Below are positions 59,801 through 64,000 of a stretch of DNA of 64,000 bases, piece by piece. Source of the DNA: Botryllus schlosseri (taxonomy: Eukaryota); contig CM119372.1 of assembly GCA_051294905.1 (NCBI GenBank), positions 15,750,001 to 15,814,000 on the forward strand, written 5' to 3'. The notes below the pieces were generated by a model, which worked only from the letters and a program-made list of their open reading frames with translations, made no database searches and had not been told where the DNA came from. Numbering within the stretch: the first letter of the stretch is position 1; the number at the start of each line of letters is the position of its first letter. Both the position numbers and the translations under genes were made by a program.

Positions 59801-61557
59801 TGAAGTTGAACTTCAAACAGGTCAATGCAGATTATGTTGAGTGCGGTAGATACAGAGGTGGTTAAAGTAGTCAAGAAAGCTACTCAAGTAGAAGTAAAAG
59901 TAGCGACGAAAAAAAGCGACTCAAGTACGATTAGAAGTACTTCATTCATAAGCAACCTAAAACTACGTGAAGTATAGGTATAATTGACTAACTTCAAATC
60001 TACTCAAGTAAGTAAATAGTTGGGAAAGCGATCGTAATTCGTTCGCATGGACTATCAAAAGCTGCAGAGCTTGATTCATATTGATGTATACCAGGAGGTA
60101 TCCAATTTTCGACAACATAAGCATTCGTCCGCATCATCGGATGAAAATGATGGTATGGTGTTGTGAAAACGATCGTAATTCGTTCGCAGGGATTGTCAAA
60201 AGGTGCAAATTGAGCTATTCGAAAGGTGCCGAGCTTGATTCATATTGATGCATACCAGGAGGTATTCAATCTTCGACAACCTAAGCATTCGTCCGCATCA
60301 TGGGATAAAAATGATTGTATTGATATGGAAATGCGATACTAATCCTCTGTTTACTTGAACAGCCCGTTTTAAACAATGTCATGGTATGATGCCGTCCCCC
60401 GTATTATGAGAATACAGTAGTCTGTCAAAGAGCAATACGAAGAAGTTGTATCGGATACGGTGTAAACACTTTGCGCGATTAGTAAACGTAAATATAAAAT
60501 ATAGTGGATCGTGAAAATGCTATGTTGTGTAACTTCATTTCCGGAAATTCATGGCACTACATTCGCTTTTATACTTCAACATGTAGGCTATATTCTCCAG
60601 ACAAAAGAACTGATACTATTCAGAACTCAAAGTATGATACTGAGAATTGAAAGAGAACTATATACTTCTCAAAGTGGAAAATGTATTTTATGTTTTAGTC
60701 TAGAAAGTTTCGACGGTGATCTGCTAAAACAGGTCTAAATCTAAGGAAAAGTCAGAGTCCACTTTTACAGATTAGTACACGCCATGGACTGCTAGCTTAC
60801 GATATGATAAATAAATGCCAGATTGCGAAACATCAGTTTCAAAGGTCATGATGAGCCATATATACTGTGATGAAATAATTCCTATGGGCGACAATGCGGC
60901 GTGAACGCGCAACCCGCTATCCAAATTATATTCACCAATACTTGAAATCATATTGATCACTCCATATCCACTGTGCGCGAAGCGTGATGAAAATTCTGGG
61001 CTTTACTCAATATTTATGAAAATTAAATGTTGATACTCCTTGAAAACAGCCCCGAAATACCTCAGGCTGTCTTACGGATTTGAGAATTTAACTACTTCTA
61101 CTTGACAAACTGAAAATAGCGAAAATTAAGTAAGTAGATCACAAAATATTATGTAGTAGAAATAGAATTAGCGTGAAATTACATCTACTGGAGTAAGTAC
61201 CCATGTAGCGGAAAACTACTTGAGTAGGCTACTTCAAAAAAGAAGAAGTACTTCGTTGCTGACTACCTCTAGGTAGATAAGAAACAATGCGATACAATTG
61301 ACAGTAGGGTGGTTCTCGACAATCTATTGCTCGATCACCCTCTTTGGCTCATAGTTATAGATATAGGATTATACCATGAATACTGATATGTAAAATGAGA
61401 CAATTTACTGAAATCAGGGATGCTCTCACCTGAACAAAACTTACTTTCAGAACGGTGCGGTGGCGGATACTGTGGAGATGACGGCGTATGTGTCCATAAC
61501 AAATGTATTTGCTTGCGACGACCTGGATATTCTGAGGATTGTACCCTGTACTATTGA
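29822..61557 (+). CDS. Gene B: secreted multidomain protease-inhibitor-like protein (SP, 3x EGF-like, [TIL-TIL-Kunitz-Kunitz-4Cys] x2, EGF-like), 678 aa, 15 exons
   Basis: Exons 29822-29894, 35913-36005, 36075-36209, 36656-36751, 36814-36996, 43404-43595, 44144-44302, 44427-44600, 53878-53937, 54443-54631, 55015-55206, 57439-57597, 58931-59095, 59295-59354, 61451-61557. Joined length 2037 nt, open frame, all GT-AG phase 1. Confidence 0.78.
31224..32800. mobile_element. Internally deleted Buster/Charlie-type hAT transposon
   Basis: TIR caggggtcggcaacc...ggttgccgacccttg; TSD ATGTATTG; carries a transposase pseudogene. Confidence 0.9.
31480..32335 (-). pseudogene. Buster/Charlie-family hAT transposase pseudogene
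   Basis: Minus-strand pieces ALCAKTTNLNSVLATMMKTVNMI, ELRNEIATFL, WVSHLAFLVHLTSHLNKLNLQLQGK, FGSTYACEQ*F*TMKFTKSKLRSRISDVH, with stops and frameshifts. Confidence 0.85.
33186..34291. mobile_element. MITE with TCCGGA repeats, copy 1
   Basis: TIR tagggttaccata...tatggcaacccta; TSD ATATAAGC. Confidence 0.88.
34665..35043. mobile_element. MITE with TCGCCCCC tandem motifs, inserted in a partial copy of the 41591-42532 family
   Basis: TIR cagtggttcccaac...gttgggaaccactg; TSD TATTAGAG. Confidence 0.88.
35913..36005 (+). CDS. Gene B exon 2: EGF-like DLCGGIVCPLGQLCRDDRCVCFGVVDDYGNC
   Basis: Acceptor ttatttag, donor G|GTTTG, 93 nt, 6 Cys; not in the ORF track. Confidence 0.75.
36075..36209 (+). CDS. 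Gene B exon 3: Pro/Thr linker plus EGF-like (VLPTIGPPITVTIFPPPCYPKCSRDRICKNGECVCNSGREVYGKC)
   Basis: Acceptor tttttag, donor G|GTAAG, 135 nt. Confidence 0.82.
36656..36751 (+). CDS. Gene B exon 4: EGF-like VPTCPIYCPPGQYCKNGKCVCRKGNLHNGKCV
   Basis: Acceptor tttcag (in-frame alternative AG 6 nt upstream), donor G|GTAAT, 96 nt. Confidence 0.85.
36814..36996 (+). CDS. Gene B exon 5: TIL domain, loop CTKEC
   Basis: Acceptor cccacag, donor A|GTAAGT, 183 nt, 10 Cys. Confidence 0.88.
38489..39430. mobile_element. TCCGGA-family MITE, copy 2 (inverted relative to 33186-34291)
   Basis: TSD CTATAGTT; reverse-complement homology. Confidence 0.87.
38872..39110 (+). mobile_element. Second tRNA-derived SINE family (boundaries approximate)
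   Basis: A box TAGCGTAATGG, B box GGTTCGATTCC; absent from the paralogous host 33186-34291. Confidence 0.65.
40716..42952. mobile_element. AAGTAG-family element, copy B (contains 41591-42532)
   Basis: Homology to 19602-21655; AAAATAAT flanks both ends. Confidence 0.85.
41591..42532. mobile_element. TIR element with GTGAAC repeats
   Basis: TIR tagggatggtgt...acaccatcccta; direct repeat CCATATATTC on both sides. Confidence 0.85.
43404..43595 (+). CDS. Gene B exon 6: TIL domain, loop CATVC
   Basis: Acceptor tttccag, donor G|GTGGG, 192 nt, 10 Cys. Confidence 0.88.
44144..44302 (+). CDS. Gene B exon 7: Kunitz/BPTI domain 1 (P1 = Glu, GPCEALM)
   Basis: ICELPKDSGPCEALMPKFFFNAKTGRCQRFNYGGCLGNRNRFDTRRECEAR; Kunitz F-x-YGGC-x-GN-x-N-x-F signature; last Cys split T|GT. 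Confidence 0.92.
44427..44600 (+). CDS. Gene B exon 8: Kunitz domain 2 (P1 = Glu, GPCEAAI)
   Basis: CSICKLDKDPGPCEAAIPSYYYNRYTKRCDKFYYGGCEGNANRFSRLSACRDQCEEPR; acceptor ctgtag, donor G|GTATG. Confidence 0.92.
45600..45911 (-). mobile_element. Penelope-like retroelement 3' remnant (C-terminal part of a GIY-YIG endonuclease)
   Basis: SAISKHLLDNP...FRVVGRGRSHFHLCALESTFIKIHQPRLCQQKEF matches the SAI-x-HL...LE-x2-I-x4-P-x-L pattern of Penelope endonucleases. Confidence 0.7.
46330..46492 (+). pseudogene. hAT-like transposase C-terminal remnant
   Basis: AQLQCCQPTTAAVERSFTVIGNLLSKDKNVLPENVGKYL carries the P-x-T/S-A-x-VERSF motif; (GACTCC)n end region at 46850-47038. Confidence 0.6.
47211..48427. 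mobile_element. hAT-type element with GTGGGCCA repeats
   Basis: Ends caggggttctca...tgagaacccatg; TSD CGCTAGGG. Confidence 0.83.
48431..48754. mobile_element. GAGGAC-family MITE, copy 2
   Basis: tagggtaaccata...tatggtaacctta; homology to 25439-25831. Confidence 0.82.
49365..50250. mobile_element. hAT-type element with GAGCCA repeats
   Basis: TIR cagtggtcgggaacc...ggttcccgaccactg; flanks GCATAGAC/GCATAAAC; partial inverted copy near 15318-15590. Confidence 0.82.
51011..51433. mobile_element. GAGGAC-family MITE, copy 3 (inverted), inserted in a SINE 3' fragment (to about 51545)
   Basis: Flanks TGTCTTAC/CGTCTTAC; downstream sequence matches the SINE tail (ggtgtaaatgacca...gtcgacaaacacca). Confidence 0.82.
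51662..52323. mobile_element. Foldback (palindromic) element with about 315-bp inverted arms
   Basis: Arms 51662-51976 and 52008-52323 around a 31-nt spacer; TSD CTGCGCAT. Confidence 0.9.
53878..53937 (+). CDS. Gene B exon 9: 4-Cys mini-module DPCALILCPEGTICKNGECV
   Basis: Acceptor ttacag, donor G|GTAAG, 60 nt. Confidence 0.8.
54443..54631 (+). CDS. Gene B exon 10: TIL domain, loop CPAVC
   Basis: Acceptor cttttcag, donor G|GTATA, 189 nt, 10 Cys. Confidence 0.88.
55015..55206 (+). CDS. Gene B exon 11: TIL domain, loop CATVC (near copy of exon 6)
   Basis: Acceptor ttttcag, donor G|GTGGG, 192 nt; RCPKPKVYDSCPTNCPATCENINDPPRICATVCRPGVTCVCPRGYVEKSSTDSTCVKRSKCRK. Confidence 0.88.
55319..57090. 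mobile_element. hAT-type element containing 56090-56937
   Basis: TIR cagtggttctcaaa...tttgagaacaactg; TSD CTCTATGC. Confidence 0.85.
56090..56937. mobile_element. tagggcaagtttt-family element, uninterrupted copy
   Basis: TSD GTCATAAC; homology to 6535-8366. Confidence 0.87.
57439..57597 (+). CDS. Gene B exon 12: Kunitz domain 3 (P1 = Lys, TGPCKARIP)
   Basis: VPVCQQPKVTGPCKARIPKFFFNARTGKCEKFYYGGCQGNENKFDSRRECEAA; acceptor tttcag; last Cys split T|GC; not in the ORF track. Confidence 0.92.
58931..59095 (+). CDS. Gene B exon 13: Kunitz domain 4 (P1 = Asp, GPCDGDY)
   Basis: CNLCKLDKDAGPCDGDYRRYYYNAETGDCEEFSYGGCPGNANRFTTLRECRKECA; acceptor tatag, donor G|GTGTG. Confidence 0.9.
59295..59354 (+). 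CDS. Gene B exon 14: 4-Cys mini-module DPCILKFCPIGRICKMGQCV
   Basis: Acceptor cgcag, donor A|GTAAGT, 60 nt; paralog of exon 9. Confidence 0.82.
59853..61271. mobile_element. AAGTAG-family element, copy C (internal tandem duplication at about 60020-60320)
   Basis: TSD GGTAGATA; homology to copies A and B. Confidence 0.88.
61451..61557 (+). CDS. Gene B terminal exon: EGF-like KRCGGGYCGDDGVCVHNKCICLRRPGYSEDCTLYY*
   Basis: Acceptor ctttcag, 6 Cys, TGA at 61555-61557. Confidence 0.82.
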
Positions 61558-61666
61558 AATCGAATTCAATCATCACGATTCGATTATGTTTAAGCATCTA
61601 ACGATGAAATGCTTTAGTTTATTCACTCTAACTCTTTGTCTGGCTCATATTGTTGTGAGTACCATG

Positions 61667-61672
61667 AATAAA
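61667..61672 (+). promoter_or_regulatory. Candidate polyadenylation signal of gene B
   Basis: First AATAAA, about 110 nt after the stop codon. Confidence 0.55.
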
Positions 61673-63184
61673 TGTCATGACAAGAGGTGACATTGCAAGT
61701 CTGTCTGTTTTCCAAGGGATACCGTATAGCTTCCGTTTGGTTTTGCCTCAAGAAAGTGTTGGATTCTCATAACCCCCTTCAATTTTAAAGTGATATCTTA
61801 CCCCAACTATGATATGAGATATATGAAATGCTTTGTACCATTATAAAAAGGGATTTAGAGTTGATTAGGCTTCGTGAATAAGTACATACTATTCAGAAAA
61901 TAATTATACTTGAAAGCAACAAATCAAGTAAAGCGGCAATCAGGTTTGTGGCGCTACTAGATTTGTAATAATTATGAAAGCGTGGGAATCGTCAGGGTTG
62001 ACCGGTTTCGTCCGCTTATAAGCGAAAGACAACGTGGACCTACGTAATATAAAACTGAAATTTATAGCATAGCGACATATGCAGTGCATTTAATCCATTG
62101 AATTATAATATACTCTATACTGCACGGCTGGACAAGGGCGGGCGTAGAACAGAAATAATGCAGTCGTCCATACACAAAATTAATTTAGCTAGTGCTGGTG
62201 GCGTCAAAATGCAATTTCAATCAAAGAATTGGATTCCGAATTTTGGAGAAAATTTTTAATGCAACCTTAAATCTATCTTGGCGCTTCGCGCGATTGACGT
62301 GGGGGAGGGGGTTCGACGTTTCGTTTTTAATATAGTAGTGTCGTTGAAATCTGAGACCCACCGTAAAAATGAGAACAGCAGAGGAAAAGTACGTGCCCCA
62401 GAACCAATGTGGTATCGCGTGTGCCTCACGAATGAATATTTTTCTGTTATGTTTGGACTATTACAATAAATGTTCTGACTACACCGAAAATACTTACGGA
62501 AGTTCAAGAAATAGCGACGTGCAGCAAAGTGATTAACAGTAACCCGAAGATGCATCACCATTAATTGTGTACTCACAATTTCAACTCTACCGGTAAATTT
62601 AATACCAATTACGTAGGCTGCGAAAGGATAAATAAATGATAGTAATATGCGCAACTAACAATATTATCGATAAAATTAATTCCCAGAGTTGTTGAATTGA
62701 AGGGCTATCGAGGTACAAATTCCTTCAGCAGCCAATTTAACATGAATATTTGGTGTGGGCTGTTATGACTGTCCGCTGGAATGCGGCAGTGCGCAATATA
62801 TGCAATCGAAATGCGGCAATGAATTCTTGGCTAATGGTAGGCTACACTGCAAAATCCATAAATAAATTTATGAACTCGTCGTTCGTGTTCGTTCGAGGTT
62901 GTTGTTGTTGTTACTACTGTTATTGCTTAAACGGAAAAATGCGGCGATCAGTGGCGAATGTTTACCAAGGCATTGCGGCCCCTCGTCGTCATCCTGGTCC
63001 GTACCGGATTTCTACACGTGTGACAAATAAATGAATCTGAGTAAAAACGATCAAATAACAGAATAGCCTATAACACTGAAGTTACAAATAGCGGTTATAC
63101 GATAAAACAAATTCAAATACATACGAAACTATGCGAGAATCAATGAGTAAATCAGCACTACAGAAATTCACTTTCAATTAGGCA

Positions 63185-63474
63185 TATTTATCGATAAGAT
63201 ATTTTCGATGATAATCATATCTCGGACGACTAATTATAAAATGGTCTAGGGTTTCTGGTTAGCGACTGTAGCTACAAAAAGGAGAGTCAGTCATTTCAAT
63301 TTTAAACAAATTCATATTCAGACGACAGTGGCCGGACTGCAGACGAAAAACAATACTTACATCTAGGCAATTTCTACGTACAGGAGGTTTATTCGAACTG
63401 GAAGAATTGAAATTTTCATAATCATGACCGTTGTCGGACGTTCGGAATTCTTGGTCCCAAGCAGTGTTATACAA
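63185..63474 (-). mobile_element. Non-LTR retrotransposon ORF2 C-terminal (CCHC-region) remnant
   Basis: FRLQSGHCRLNMNLFKIEMTDSPFC...PETLDHFII matches the RL-x-x-GH...DSP-x-C...ET-x-x-H motif of LINE ORF2 ends. Confidence 0.7.
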
Positions 63475-63585
63475 GGTGCATTCAATAGAAAATCGTCACC
63501 AACGTTCACCGCCTATTTTCACTGCAACGCAAAATTTAGTTTTCGGAATGATCGAACAATCAATTAAACAACGAATAGATTACTT

Positions 63586-63859
63586 GTGTGGTAAGATTGG
63601 AATGGTGATATATCCACAGCTGCAACACCAATGCGTTGCTAGTTCGAGTACGAACGAGGTTGACTCCAGAATTCCTACCTAAGTGTTGGTGGTTGATCTA
63701 GACTTCTCCCAATCAAAAGATCCTTGTAAGCGCTGTCTCATAAAATCTTGGAAGTGTGTCGCGCTACAAGTCGACAGCTGCGAAATAAGAATGAAACAGA
63801 TTGGCCTGGTGTAAATGACCACAGTGCAGTCTACAAACACTGCGAATACCGCAAACAAC
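63586..63859 (+). mobile_element. tRNA-derived SINE, uninterrupted diverged copy of the 20465 family
   Basis: Colinear homology with 20465-21208 minus its insert; (AAC)n tail; flanking near-repeat AACAACGAATAGA(T/C)TA. Confidence 0.72.
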
Positions 63860-64000
63860 AACAACGAATAGACTAATTATTCAGTGACAGTGATTGTAAG
63901 ATTGTTTTCACACATTGTGTCTGTCCGGTAATTCGTACAAATGTGACTCTGGCATAGCGTATAGTTATCATATACATTAATATATTACTTTACGGAAATG

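Overview
Eukaryotic, intron-rich animal (invertebrate-like) DNA, with no prokaryotic operons, rRNA or CRISPR. The ORF track is mostly noise because the real genes are split into 60-200 nt exons. Reading splice sites by hand recovers two complete, tandem, + strand genes for secreted, Cys-rich modular proteins in which every intron is GT-AG and phase 1. Gene A (9113-25238, 8 exons, 312 aa) is signal peptide-EGF-like x4-TIL-EGF-like-TIL-YY*. Gene B (29822-61557, 15 exons, 678 aa) is signal peptide-EGF-like x3-[TIL-TIL-Kunitz-Kunitz-4Cys mini-module] x2-EGF-like-YY*. They look like a multi-headed protease-inhibitor/matrix protein pair built by exon duplication, with a dead TIL exon, Kunitz pairs locked by a split Cys codon, unusual acidic Kunitz P1 residues and a shared C-terminal Tyr-Tyr. 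Introns and flanks are packed with more than 20 non-autonomous hAT-type TIR elements with 8-bp target-site duplications, nested up to four deep. There are also tRNA-derived SINEs, LINE and Penelope remnants, decayed hAT transposases and a 662-bp near-perfect palindrome. Gene models are hand-derived; extra small exons inside the long introns cannot be excluded.
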